64,000 nt of DNA from Octopus sinensis (GCF_006345805.1 NC_043006.1:93496001-93560000); one strand, 5' to 3'. Counted from the first letter of the stretch, positions 1-13,660 are shown. Notes: generated by a model not told the origin, from the sequence alone. Numbers and translations are program-made.

Positions 1-806
1 AACCACAATCTTACGATCATGAATCCAGCACCCTAACCAGTAAGCCACGCGCCTCCACAAGAAACTTTAATCACACTTTATTCGCCCAGTTGTCGTCGCT
101 AATTCTTAATCTAATTCTTAATCTAAGACAGTATTTAAAAGTTAACGAAACAATGCTGCCAACCGCTTAAATAATGACACAGAGTATCAAATGCATTCGG
201 TATTTCTTTTGAATATATTTGCGTTTTAGAAATAAGAATACGGCCACGGAATTCCGGTGAGCTGTTTCCAGTTAATATCATTAACAACACCAATGCATTG
301 TGACTTCAACTACAAATTAAATATAACAGAAGAAACTTAACTACGTGTGAAATTGATATTACCAGTCTTTGGTGTTAATGAAACAAAAGGAAATTGTTAG
401 AAAACCAAAGCTATAAAGATTTGAAACAAATTCTGACTGTATCATAATTATGTCCTATCTACACGACATTCGAAACTCCAGTGGTGTTGTCTCCTTCAAT
501 AAAGCTCACTCTGGATAGATTCTTTTCCAGATTCACCCACCTCCTCTTCTCTCTCTCATTTTCTCACGTCTTCTTTATTTCTAGTTCGATTTCTCTCCCG
601 CCTATGGCGCTATTCTTTGTATTCTGGTCTTCTTTGTTTAAACTATCGATTGATCTACGCATATAACCTTGTCACAATACATATATCTTGCTCTACTGCT
701 GTGTGTCTGCATCTTAGTCTAGAGTGTATGTATGTATTTATCTAAATACACACACACATATATAAGCATATATTTGTTAACTAATGTGCGAGTGTGTTTA
801 AAAATG

Positions 807-837
<31 letters not shown>

Positions 838-945
838 TTATATATTGAAAAGTCGATTCCAATTATGTCTGTTATGGTCTATTTTTATTTACATATTATC
901 AATCCATTTATCTATTCGTTATCTTTAGATGCACACACACATACA

Positions 946-984
<39 letters not shown>

Positions 985-1004
985 AAACGCACACACACAC
1001 ACAT

Positions 1005-1035
<31 letters not shown>

Positions 1036-1689
1036 GCAATGCATATATATATATATCAATGCATGTATGTATATAAATATGTATATATGCATACACACAT
1101 ATATACATATATATATATTTATATGTATGTATACATATATAGAAAGAGAGGAGAAAAGAGGCAGAGAGGGGGAAGGAGGAAGAGAAACTGATACTGAGAA
1201 CGACATCTACATACATAAATACTAAATAGCTAACAGCGTGTATAGAGATAGATTTTAGATTACTCAAATAAAAAAAAAACATGTCTGCGTTTTAAACATT
1301 GATGTAATTTTCAGCTCATTTATGTTTTAGTTTTTCGAACGATTTTATTGATGTTATCGAACCGACTGATAAGACCTGCTACTAATATATCAATTGATTG
1401 GGTTTAATTTGTGTAATAACTCATTTTACTGTCCGTATTAATACGTAAATTCGTTCTTTTAGTCAGTCGGGATTTTAAAAAATAGAACCATTATTTTTTA
1501 CAAGATAAAGGAAATGTGATCAATTTATTCTGCGTTAATTGACCCCATAAACCACGTAAGAGTCAAGGGATCGAGTGGTGATGTTTATTTTCAGCTTGAA
1601 AATGACAGTCAATTTTACCAGGTGTTAATTTGTCGTCCTTCGTGTAACAAAATCAGGTAACGATATCATGTTTCCAATTAATGCTAACC

Positions 1690-2160
1690 AACTTTCGCTC
1701 CTGCCTTTCATAGAGTTGAAATTCCAGGATGTTCACTTCCACAATACACCGAGGAAATGTCATTGTACTTCAATGCCATTTTGCATGGAAACCACAGGAA
1801 CAAACATATTGATGTCGCTTCAAATGATTACGGCTGCAGTCCCTCATGGCCTCTCATAACAAACTGACACATAGGACGTTGCCAAAAACTCAAACCTAGA
1901 AGATTAGATATTCTCTTCAAAACTCGAAACTACATCAGTTCTCATCAATTTCATGATGCCCTACACTGATTCTGTGGGCTGTTGCTTACGTATTCTAAAC
2001 TGACCAGTCTCAGCGCACACAAACAGACGATACCAAAAATAAAACATCAGTTATTTGACTGGCACACACAGACATTGTCTATTTTTAAGCCTACCTCTCC
2101 AAATACTTCTCAAAAGCTCTCTGCAATGAACTATCAATCTACGTACCGTTCTTTTCTACT
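1690..2160 (+). mobile_element. Degenerate CR1/L2-like LINE fragment (post-RT region)
   Basis: SWPLITN*HIGRCQKLKPRRLDILFKTRNYISSHQF resembles 'W..HI...A.R.LGILFRTRNYF'. Confidence 0.5.
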
Positions 2161-2166
2161 CAATAC

Positions 2167-2350
2167 ACAAGGCCCGAATTTTGGGGAGAGGGCCAGTCGA
2201 TTAGATCGGCCCCAGTACGCAACTGATACTTAATTTATCGACCCCCGAAAGGATGAAAGACAAAGAATTTGAACTCAGAACGTAGCGGCAGACGAAACAC
2301 CGCTAAGCAATTCGCCCGGCGTGCTAACGATTCTGCCAGTTCGCCACCTT
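2167..2350 (-). mobile_element. SINE family A monomer
   Basis: Reverse complement of head-body-tail with no linker. Confidence 0.8.
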
Positions 2351-2687
2351 TCCGTCTCCGTACGATAATCGGGTGCCACTGGATGCCGCTGAAGTTTCCC
2401 TTTTGATCTACTCCAGCCCGAAACCAGCGCTAAGCAAATTCTTTTCATAACTTCCATCAAAAAGGGTGCAATCTAAACATTATATTTTAAAATATCGCTG
2501 ATATTTTTCTTTGTCAATCTTTGGACTGCGGCCACGCTGTGGCAACGCCTTGTCATGTTAAGTCAAACAAATTTATGTCTGGTCTTATTCTATTTATCGC
2601 TTTATGCCGAACAGCCAAGTTACGGGAACATAAAGAAACCAAGACCGGTTGTGAAGCATTGGGGACAGTCACACACACACAAACACA

Positions 2688-2720
<33 letters not shown>

Positions 2721-2771
2721 GCACGCACACACACATACATGCATACATATATACAAACATACATATATGTG

Positions 2772-3111
2772 TGTGGCTGTGTGGTAAGAAGCTTGCTTAC
2801 CAACCACATGGTTCTAGGTACATACTCTAGCCTCAGACCAACCAAAGCCCTGTGAGTGGATTTTGTAGACGGAAGCTAAAAGAAGCCCATCTTACACAAA
2901 CACACACATATATATATTCAGGTGTGTGTGTGTGTGTGCCTGTGTTTGTCCCACCGCCATCGCTTGACAACCGATGCTGGTGTGCTTATGTCCCCGTAAA
3001 TTAGCGCTTCGGTAAAGAGACCGATAGAATAAGCACTAGGCTTACAAAAAATAAGTGCAGAGGTGGTGCTTCAGCATGGCCGTAGTCAGCTGACTGAAAA
3101 AAGTAAAAGAA
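2772..3111 (+). mobile_element. SINE family D (bipartite, with internal microsatellite)
   Basis: Head gtggctgtgtggtaagaagcttgc; internal (CA/TA/TG)n; 3' part ending gactgaaa..agtaaaaga. Confidence 0.82.
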
Positions 3112-3184
3112 TATATATATATATACATATATATATATATTTTATATATATATTATATATATATATACTATATATATATATATA

Positions 3185-3491
3185 CACGCACACACATATA
3201 TTAGATATATAGATATATATACGGCAACAAGAAATTTGTTTCAAAAATAAATAGACATAATATAATGTCTAAAAGTTGATGAAGGTTGCCTCTTGATAGC
3301 CTCCATTTTTCTTAGTGCTCTATAAATTAAGGTAAAAAATATCTTTACCTTCACCCCTTATTACACTCGGTAATGTAATTGCACGCAATAAAACACACTT
3401 GTGTATTAATAATTGGGTCTTTTACCAGCAGTATATTGGATAGATATTTCCTTTAGTTGGTTGGATTCACAACCCCTAACTCTCTTGGGAT

Positions 3492-3545
<54 letters not shown>

Positions 3546-3849
3546 GCACACACATATATAGATATATAGATATATATACGGCAACAAGAAATTTGTTTCA
3601 AAAATAAATAGACATAATATAATGTCTAAAAGTTGATGAAGGTTGCCTCTTGATAGCCTCCATTTTCTTATTGCTCTATAAATTAAAGGTAAAATATCTC
3701 TTTACCTTCACCCATTTATTACACTCGGTAATGTAATTGCCACGCAATAAAACACACTTGTGTATTAATAATTGGGTCTTTTACCAGCAGTATATTGGAT
3801 AGATATTATCCTTTAGTTGGTTGGATTCACAACCCCTAACTCTCTTGGG

Positions 3850-3853
<4 letters not shown>
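3185..3853. repeat. Tandem duplication of a ~310-bp unique unit, each copy bounded by (TA)n
   Basis: 3185-3492 vs 3543-3853; differences are mostly small indels. Confidence 0.9.
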
Positions 3854-3907
<54 letters not shown>

Positions 3908-4055
3908 CTGTCTGCCAAATCCACTCACAAAGCCTGCCCAAGGTGCCATACAGTGGGACTGAACCCAGAACCATGTGGTTGGTAAACAAGCTACTTACCA
4001 CACAGCCACTCCTGCGCCTGTATGTAAACATTCCACATTTGATTATTCTACTTCA

Positions 4056-4392
4056 GTGGAGGCGCAATGGCCTAGTGGTTAGGCAGTGGACTCACAGTGG
4101 GATCGCGGTTTCCATTCCCAGGCAGGGCGTTGTGAGTGTTTATTGAGCGAAAACACCTTGCTCCGGCAGTGGGTGGTAGCGAACCCTGCTGTATTCTTTC
4201 ACTACAACTTTCTCTCACTCTTTCTTCCTGTTTCTGTTGTACACACTGTGTCACGCCGAATCTCCCCGAGAACTACGTTAAGAGTACTCGTGTCTGTGGA
4301 GTTCTCAGCCACTTGCACGTTAATTTCACGAGCAGGCTGTTCCGTTGATCAGATGAACTGGAACCCTCGTCGTCGTAACCGACGGAGTGCCA
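4056..4392 (+). mobile_element. SINE family C (tRNA head), tail type i
   Basis: ggaggcgcaatggcctagtggttagg head; tail ends gtcgtcgtaaccgacggagtgcca. Confidence 0.85.
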
Positions 4393-4442
4393 CGACTCCA
4401 TGTATTCCACTATTCCCTTTTAAATTTAACTTGTTGCCATGT

Positions 4443-4737
4443 TGTGAAGGAGTATGGCTTAAGGGTCAGTGTATTCGAACTCACGATCGTATGGTTGGAA
4501 GTTCGCTTTATGCAACGCTTTGTGTCCTTGAGCAACGTGCTTTACTTCACCTTGCTCCTCTCAACTGGCAAAAAGTGAGTGGTACATGTATTTCAAAGAG
4601 TCAGCCGTGTCATATTGTGTCATACTGAATCTCCTTGAAAACTACACTAAGTGTAGGCGTGTCTGTGGTGTGCTCAACCACTTGCACGTTAATTTCACGT
4701 GCAGGCTGTTTCATTGAGCGGACCAACTGGAACACTT
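4443..4737 (+). mobile_element. SINE with a family-B-like head and tail type i
   Basis: gtgtccttgagcaa centre followed by the same tail as 4240-4392. Confidence 0.7.
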
Positions 4738-5385
4738 AACAGAAGAATCTTCAGTTTAGTCACTGACATATACGATATATTCTGTTTAGCCTATTTACTT
4801 ATTACACTACATGGAGGTATTTCTTTAAGCCGAACAAAGGACAAAAAGAATTTGAAATTACAGAAATGTTAAGTCTGAGTAACGTAACATCGGTCAGATT
4901 TTAGGAACTTTTGTGTAAGTAATCTAATCAGAGGGGTAAAACGGTGTATATGTGTGCCAGATGTTGTGTTGCGATGGTTGGTTGGCAGCTCGACTTCATC
5001 TTCATCAGTCGTGTTCCATTTCTTGAGACACAGTCTAAGTTTGGCCTAGATGTGTCTAGCAGCAGCAGCAGCAGCAGCACCCCAGGTGTGGAGTAATACT
5101 TTTATCTTACCTAAAATCTGCAGTAGCTGTTGGGGAGGGATGACCTTTGCTCTTCATTCTTAATACTGAAGAAAAAGGGCATATATTATATGGCATTTTT
5201 TGGTATAGGCGACGCATGGAAATAGGTGCAAGCGAGGCTAGGGGTATAAGGACCCCCCTCCTTGCAACACCGTTGATCTTCTATCATAACCTCGTACAGC
5301 AATGTCATGTGAGTGAATTAAGTACACTGTAAAAACTCTATCGAAGCTGGTCGTTTGAGTATTGATATGCATATATAATATATAT

Positions 5386-5485
<100 letters not shown>

Positions 5486-5719
5486 AAGGTATGTAGAAAA
5501 ATACAACATGGACAAGAACGTATAACTCTTAGAAGACGACACAATAAACATAGACAGGACATTCGAACCCCTCAGTCTTCAGTCAAGAACCGGATCATCG
5601 TAGTAATTTCGGCTGATTAATCTTGAGATTACTAGATCACGGCCAGCCCTCCAAGAAAAACTAAGCAACGAGCATTAGAAAAACTAAGCTGGAAGCGTAG
5701 ATTTCCTGATGTATGTATG

Positions 5720-5760
<41 letters not shown>

Positions 5761-6077
5761 AATTAAAATGAGGGTGAAAATTTGGATATTAAATTGATTA
5801 ACATCAATTTAAAACCAGCATATTAAAAACTGAAGGTTCAGTAAATTGTATTAAATTGAGAGGGATGACCAAAAGATCTACGGACAAATTGCGTAAGTTA
5901 AATTACGTAATCTGTTGATAGTGAAACATTGTTTGTGATTAATCTATATTTTTGTTACTTTTCATTTGTCATACGTTCTCGTGTTTGCAAAATTTTCTTG
6001 AGAACACTTCTTAGTTGTAAGACCATAGCGGATTTTCTTCTAGCATAAGGGTTGTCCACATAGTGGTCATCCCTGTC

Positions 6078-6115
<38 letters not shown>

Positions 6116-6452
6116 GAAATATGTTACAAAAAGAAAATATAAAATACACGTGGAAATGTAAGGGTCAAATATGAAAAATCAACGAAAATCCTCATTGCAG
6201 ATAAAAAAAAAGCTATTTATGACAGGTAACGACAAATATATACATTTAGATTGACTGAGGTGGTAATACGATTCATAAAAGTCATTATTATGAGATGATT
6301 ATAAGATGATAATAAAGTAAGAGAACAAAACGGACCATGGTTTACACAAAGCTATTCATCGTTTGAAAAACACCGGCTAATACACGGTGTCAGGTCTAAT
6401 AGTTCATGAGAAAAAAGATTATTTGTAAGGGAGTTAAGTAGTTCTGGAATTA

Positions 6453-6558
<106 letters not shown>

Positions 6559-7508
6559 TTCAATGACTGAAAGAAATATACGATAAAAGATAAAGCGTAT
6601 TGCAGATGTGTTCATCAAAAGAGATCCTCCGTGATTAGGCTTCCATTTGTAGACTTTGACTTTGCTCTTTATCTTCTGTTCTCGTTCATTGAAGCTGGTA
6701 ATTATTTCTTGCTATGTGGAGTGATTATATTTCCATTTTGTTTTGTTTTGTAATAATTAAAGAGACAATGTTATTATGATCTCATTGGAGTTTGTTTTCA
6801 ATGTCTCTGTTCATAAAAATGAGATCAAACTTGTGACAAGGTGTCCGGATGACGTGTGGATGACACGTTTATGCAGAAGCTTTGGGAGAAATGAAGTAAC
6901 AGTATCAAGTATTTAACAAGGGGCGTTATTGGAGGGGAGGACAAGTAAGTAATGGATACATAGAAAGAAGAGAGCAAAGGGCAAAACTTAACTCTTATGC
7001 TCACCAAAATCAGGAAAATATACAAAGTGAATGAACTAAGGCAGGGGTTTTAAATTAGCAATTTGAGTGAAACGAGTTGTTGTAGTCGAAAGAAGTCTCA
7101 GTAGTTCACTAGAGCAGAAGTGATATTTGTAGCGGTAAACGTGGCGAGAATCGTTAACGCGTCGAACAAAATGCTTAGCGGCATGTGTCTGTCGTTCCTT
7201 TCTGAGTTCGAATTCCGCCGAGGTCCACTTTGCATTTCGTCTTTTGGGGTCGATGGTATAACAACCAGTTAAGTGCTCGAGTCGATGTAATGAACCTGCT
7301 CCCTTCTCCAAAATTTCAAGATTTATGCTGAAATTAGAAAGAGGTATTTGTAGTATTTGTGTTTTACTGAAATATATTGAAAAGTGAGGAATGAGACAAA
7401 GGAAAAGAAACAATTAAGCAGAATCATTTAATTTCACAAGAAATGGTACTGCATTCAATGATAAAATCCCTATTTCGTTCAGGAGTCATATCTGTATGTT
7501 TGAATTCT

Positions 7509-7860
7509 AGGCGACGAGCTGGCAAAAACGTTAGCACGCCGGGCGAGAGGCTTAGCATTATTTCGTCTGCCGCTACGTTCTGAGTTCAAATTCCGCCGAG
7601 GCCGACTTTGCCTTTCATCCTTTCGGGGTTGATAAAGTTACGCACTGGGATCGATGTAATCAACATAATCCCTTTGTCTGTCCTTGTTTGTCCCCTCTAT
7701 GCTTAGGCCCTTGTGGGCAATAAAGAAATAAGAAACGTTAGCTCGCCGGCCAAACTGCTTAGTCTGTCTGACTTCAAATTTCGCTGAAGTCGGCTTTGCC
7801 AATTAAGTACAAGTTGCGTACTGGGGTCGATCTAATCAACTGCCCTCCTCACTCAAAACG
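7509..7860 (+). mobile_element. SINE family A (partly deleted multimer)
   Basis: Head, body, linker and tail motifs present. Confidence 0.8.
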
Positions 7861-8555
7861 TATATGTGTGTGTGTTTGTATATGTTTGTGTGTCTGTGTT
7901 TGGTCCCACCATCGCTCGACAACCGATGTTGATGTATTTACATCCCCGTAACATAGCGCTTCGGCAAAAGAGGTCTATAGAATGAGTACTAGGCTTACAA
8001 AGAATAAGTACTGAAGCTGATTTGTTCGACTAAAGGTGGTGCTCCAGCATAGTCGCAGTCAAATGACTGAAACAAATATATGAATAAAAGAATCGAAATA
8101 CTTGTAGCGTATTAAATATGTATTGCTGACAACGTGTTATATATATTGATTAGATTTACGGATGAGAAAACGGAGAAAATAAATTGACTGATCAGAGTTA
8201 AAAAACAAAAACATTAGCTGAGAATTATGAGACAAAGGAGACAACAGATCGAACATTCGAACACAAAATGAAACAGAATGGTTCCAGCCAGTAATTAGAA
8301 CCCGCGTCGAATAATTTAGAATGTAAATAGCAAAAGAAAGGTGGCGGGAACAAGATGAACAGATTTAATTGCATTCCAAATGTACATATACACACACATA
8401 TATATACAGACACACGCATAAACTTTAAGTATAGATACATATGTATAGATGTGTATATGTACGCATTCTTTTTTATATTCTCTTATATATAAATATATGC
8501 ATATATAGATATATGTAAATATATGTATATATAAATATGTGTGTGTGTGTGTTGT

Positions 8556-8852
8556 GTGAAGGCGCATGGCTCAGTGGTTAGAGCGTCGAGCTCACGATCG
8601 TGAGGTTGTGAGTTCGATTCCTAACCGGGCTGCGAGTTGTGTTCTTGAGCAAGACACTTTATTTCACATTGCTCCAGTTCACTCAGCTGTAGAAATCCCA
8701 AGCTGTATTGGTTCCTTTGCCTTTCCCTTGGATAACATCGGTGGCATAGAGAGGGGATGCCGGTATGCATGGGCGACCGCTGGTCTTCCATAAACAACCT
8801 TGCCCGGACTTGTACCTCGGAGGGTAACTTTCTAGGTGCAATCCATGGTCAT
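8556..8852 (+). mobile_element. SINE family B (tRNA head + CORE-like centre), tail type iv
   Basis: A-box TGGCTCAGTGG, B-box GAGTTCGATTCC, gtgttcttgagcaagacacttt centre; related copy at ~27685-27970. Confidence 0.85.
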
Positions 8853-8861
8853 ACATGTATA

Positions 8862-8932
<71 letters not shown>

Positions 8933-9103
8933 GCATATATATATATACACACATATATATGTATATGTATGCATATATATATATACATATATGCATCTGT
9001 ATGCGTATATATATTATATATATATACACATACATATATATATACACATACACACATATGTATATATAAATGTATATAGTTTCGTGCATTTGCATATATT
9101 CTT

Positions 9104-9651
9104 TTCTTTTCTACTCTAGGTACAAGGAAGGGGCCAGTCGATTAGATCGACTGGTACTTAATTTATGGACACCGAAAGGATTAAAGGCAACGTCGGCAGG
9201 ATTTGAACTCAGAACGTAAAGACAGACGAATACCTATCTCTTTACTACCCACAAGGGGCTAAACACAGAGAGGACAAACAAGGACAGACAAAGGGAGTAA
9301 GTCGATTATATTGACCCCAGAGCGTAACTGGTACTTATTTAATCGACCCCGAAAGGATGAAAGGCAAAGTCGACCTCGGCGGAATTTGAACTCAGAACTT
9401 CACGGCAGACGAAATACCTATTTCTTTACTACCCACAAGGGGCTAAACACAGAGGGGACAAACAAGGACAGACACACGGATTAAGTCGATTACATCGACC
9501 CCAGTGCGTAACTGGTAATTAATGTATCGACCCCGAAAGGATGAAATGCAAAGTCGACCTCGGCGGAATTTGAACTCAGAACGTAACCGCAGACGAAATA
9601 CCACTAAGCATTTCTCCCGACGTGCTAACGTTTCTGCCACCTCGCCGCCTT
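9104..9651 (-). mobile_element. SINE family A, trimeric body
   Basis: Head at 9651, three B-box bodies, tail ccttgtacctagagtagaaaagaa. Confidence 0.88.
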
Positions 9652-10511
9652 ACATTGGCATAAGTTAGATGTGTGCGAGGTTGTGTCTGTGTGTGAGCAC
9701 ATATGTATGTATAGACCTATTTATGTACGTATGTATATATACGTATACATACTTTCTGTCATGTAAAAACGCATGTACATACGTATATACACACAAAACG
9801 AACACCTACATTCACACGCACACACGCACATATTCACAGGCAAACACACGTCTATGTCCACGTGTATAATTCTCTCCTTGCTTCCGTCCAGTTCCTAGCC
9901 CTACCTAAATCTCGGCTTACACCTTTTACCTTTTGTTTTTGTTCTAAATCATTAAGCTATCATCTCCTTTCTGTATATACGCTATTTGTTCGCACCAATT
10001 CTCAACTAATTCTCACCAACTCAACACGACCAAACTGCACGCAGTGACAATTGTTCAACGTAGCTGTAAATTTAGTGTTATTTTTATCCGCTTCTCATCT
10101 TAAATATTTCCACTCCGATACACGTCAAACTTCCACTAGAGTAACTTGTACAATCTCTTTTATTTAGAATATTTCAAAGTTTCCTTTTGTTGTTTGCCTT
10201 CTTTCCAACATTTAAATACTTATTCACGTTTCAAAAGATACTAAATATAATGAACATTTCAAGATGACTGTTTTTCTGACTGTGTGTTTTTCATTTTTTA
10301 TATATATATATCTTACGTTTTGTACTTAAATTCTTGTTATCGGTCGGTATGGACTGACTCTTACATACAGACACAAATAGGTACGAAAACACACACGAAC
10401 GCATACATTCACACGCTTTTACATAGTAACTCAAACATACATCAAAAATACATAAATGTGTGTGTATGTATAAATGTGTGTGGTGTGTGTGTGTGTGAAT
10501 GTGTGTGTGTT

Positions 10512-10550
<39 letters not shown>

Positions 10551-10710
10551 TCCTTTATATATATATTATATATATATATATATATAATATATATATATAT
10601 AATAATATATTGGCGCAGGAGTGGCTGTGTAGTAACCTAACAAGCTTGCTTCCCGACTATATGGTTCTGGGTTCAGGACCACTGCATGGCACTTTGTACA
10701 AGTGTATTCT

Positions 10711-12961
10711 ACGTGTCCTTGCCCCCCTAGTGGCGTCTCTTCCCTCCCACATCCACGATACCAACCAGGCTCTCCGGCTTTTCAACTCTTTCTCATTTCC
10801 TCCCGGCTCCTCCAAAATCCTTTTTACTATGGACATCCAGAGTTTCTATACCGTCATCCCTCACCACGAAGGACTGCGGGCACTTCAACACTTTCTCGAC
10901 CTCCGCCCCAACCCTGAACCCGACACCTCCACACTCATTCGTCTTTCTCTTAATTGTTTCTCGTTCGCGGGTGAGTTCTACCAACAGATCTCGGGAGTGG
11001 CCATGGGAACGCGAATGAGCCCCAACTATGCGAACCTGTTCGTTGGCTATGTTGAGGCCCAAATATTCTCTAATTTCACTGGTTCCACTCCCGAACTATA
11101 CGGTCGTTACATTGACGACATTATCGATGCCACCTCACTCTCCCGTGAACATCTAGATTCCTTCCTCTCTTTCGTTCAATCCTTCCATCCAGCCATCCAC
11201 TTCACCTCCACTATCTCCTACACCTCTGTCTCCTTCCTCGACATTTCGGTCAGCATTCATCACTCCACTCTTACCACCTCCATTCACTACAAACACACAG
11301 ACTCACACTCATACCTAAACTTCTCTTCCTCCCACCTCAAACACACTAAGCTTTCCATCCCTATTCCCAATTCCTCCGTCTACGTAGGCTCTGTAGTGAC
11401 GATCATGAATTTGAGACTCAGTCTCAACTCATGGCTCGCCACTTCATCCTACGTGGATATCCCCTCACCACTATCCACACCGCCCTTGCACGTTCCGTAG
11501 ACCGTGCATCTGCTCTCTCCCCCCGAACCCGCCCTGTAGTCTCCCGCCTCCCTTTTCCCCTCACTTACCACCCCACGACCCTACCTCTCCAACGCACCAT
11601 TCTTAGAGCTTTCCGGCATCTCCAGTCTGACCCGTCCACTTCACACCTCTTCCCTAACCGAGCCCTCCCCTCTTTCAAACGAGCCCATAACCTACGAAAC
11701 CTCTTGGTCCACAGCTTCTTCCCTGACCCTACCTCCCAGCCTGGCTCTTTCCCCTGCTCCCGCCCACGTTGCCGCACTTGCCCTTACCTCTCCAACACCA
11801 CCCTCCTCACTGGCACCCATCACCGACCCTATCGCATCCTCGACTCCTTCACCTGCACCTCCAGCAATATCATCTATTGCATCTCCTGCTCTCTCTGCCA
11901 TTCCCTGTACATCGGACAAACGAGACGCCGCTTGGCTGACCGGTTCGCGGAATACCTTCGAGACATCCGCCTTGCCAACGATACATCGGTCTCACGCCAT
12001 TTCCGCTCCACCGGTCACTCCTTGGAACACCTGTCTGTATTCGGATTGTCCTTGCACAGAGGCCATCCGGATTCCCGTTTGCGCCGTGAACAGGGATTAA
12101 TCTTCTCTCTTCGCTCTTTTACGCCATTTGGTCTCAACTCTCCCCCCTTTCTATCTAACCCACCCTACGACTCCTACTTCTCTTCAGTCCTTCATCTTCT
12201 CACCCCTACTCTCTTTCCCTCCTCTTCCCTCCTTTCCCTTCTTCCCTCTTCTTCTTTCTTCTTTCTTCTTCCCTCTTCCCCTCTCTCTTTCTCTCTGCTC
12301 CCTCACTCCCCTTCTCTTCCCCTCCTCCTCCTCTCCCTCTTCCCTCCATTCCCCTCCGCTCCCTCTCCCATCCTTTCCCCTCCTCTTCCTCTCCCTCTCC
12401 CCTCCTCTCCTTCTCCCCTCCCTTCTCCTTCTCTCCTTCTTTCTCCTCCCCTCCTCCTTCTCTTCTTCTCCTCCTCTCCTTCCTTCTCCTCTCCCTACTC
12501 CTCCTCCCATATCCCCCTCCTCTCATCCCCTCTCTTCTCTCCCCCTCTCTCCCCCACACCATACGACATTACACATCACATCATACATACACACGTCCAA
12601 ACCACCAGCCCTCTTCCACATGCACATGCATACTCTCTTATGCACACACGAACCTTCAGGTTGGAGCGAGGTCACTTGACCCTGTTATCTCCCCTACTAT
12701 CCCTCTAGCGTCTAACGTCTGACCTCTAACGTTTGACCTCCGATCTCTGACTTCTGAAATCAGAACGCCATGTTGGATCGTTAGCCCCTACACGCAATTT
12801 TTTTCTCTCCTTGTTTTTTTTCTGTGCATCTTTCTGTCGAAGCGCGTAGGCTTAAAACGTAAAAGACTTGTTCTATTTCTATTCTTGAGCGCCATACTAA
12901 TACATTATTTGTTTGTACTCCACCTGCCTTCGTCTTTTGTTTATTTTCGTAAACCTTCCGT
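10711..12961 (+). mobile_element. Penelope-like retroelement (Neptune-type), 5'-truncated and frameshifted: RT + Cys linker + GIY-YIG endonuclease + low-complexity 3'UTR + pLTR with HHR
   Basis: RT motifs MDIQSFYT, QISGVAMGTRMSPNYANLF, RYIDDI, FLDISV; linker PCSRPRCRTC; endonuclease IIYCISCSLC..LYIGQT, REQGLIFSL..GLN. Frameshift near 11360. The element ends at (TA)n. Confidence 0.92.
12829..12866 (+). ncRNA. Degenerate family-A hammerhead in the PLE pLTR
   Basis: tcttt ctgtcga a gcg cgtagg ctt aaaac gta aaaga: G12A and a broken helix II, so probably inactive. Confidence 0.5.
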
Positions 12962-12973
12962 TATATATATATA

Positions 12974-13004
<31 letters not shown>

Positions 13005-13008
<4 letters not shown>

Positions 13009-13660
13009 AAAGTAGTTGTCTACTCACTATGCAGAGTCTGACCACCTCCTGTACCTAAACCCTAGATCCATCATGGCGTCTCATGTAGCCTTTTAAACCA
13101 GGCAATCTCTTGAAAAGACACCCACATAGATTGCATATCTGATTTCGACCACCAAGAGCTACAGCTAAGTTCTGATTTTTGTGGATCTTAAAATGTCTTT
13201 TAAGGCCTCCATTAGGTTTGCAGATTTACGGCATACAGGGCATTGAAAGGTGCGCACAGACATATAGGCAGAATAGTTGGTAGAGGTTCGTTTTTCCTGG
13301 GCCAGCAAATGAGATTTGAGCCCAGTAAAAGAAAGGCATAGTCTGTCACAAACTGTACACACAAATAAAGTCATTGTGATTCACCTCGGTCATAACATTC
13401 TTCTTTAAATCTCTCTTGAGTCTTGCATGTGTTATCCTGACCTCTCCAAACGTTTTCATTCCACTCCACACTTTTGTCCACCATCCAGCTTGATCCGAAG
13501 TAAGGGACTTCATGGTAGTCCTTATATCGTCCTTAAACCTCCTTTTAGGTTTACACCTATAGCATTCCGCATCTACAAGTTCACCGTAAAACAGCTGTTC
13601 GGGTGTGCGTTCATCCACCATTCGAACTTAACTCCCATTGCCAGTCATTGAGTATAAAGC
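13005..13660 (-). mobile_element. RTE-clade LINE 3' end with three C2H2 zinc-finger remnants
   Basis: MVDERTPEQLFYGEL...KPKRRFKD; fingers CTVCDRLCLSFTGLKSH, CPVCRK/ICKPNGGLKRHFKIH (frameshift) and CNLCGCLFKRLPGLKGYMRRH. Confidence 0.85.

Noticed and set aside
3275-3305. TTGATGA A GGTTG..TAGCC in the duplicated unit
   Set aside because: A helix-II-like stem is followed by TCC instead of GAAA in both copies.
5555-5590. Minus-strand CTGAAGA...TTCGAATGTC in a TA-anchored unit
   Set aside because: No GAAA and no helix I or II pairing; not counted as a hammerhead.
8560-8635. tRNA-like sequences at SINE heads and at 53636-53706
   Set aside because: A/B boxes are present, but the acceptor stems do not pair and the sequence continues into repeat bodies; not tRNA genes.
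9104-9651. Regularly spaced ~180-bp repeats resembling a CRISPR or satellite array
   Set aside because: Internal multimer of a tRNA-derived SINE; no unique spacers; eukaryotic context.
10499-10710. N-terminal part of the 333-aa ORF
   Set aside because: Microsatellite plus SINE head read in frame by chance; RT homology starts only at ~10711.
12130-12708. Pro/Ser/Leu-rich C-terminal extension of the 425-aa ORF and the opposite-strand Glu/Arg/Gly ORFs
   Set aside because: Read-through into the polypyrimidine 3'UTR.
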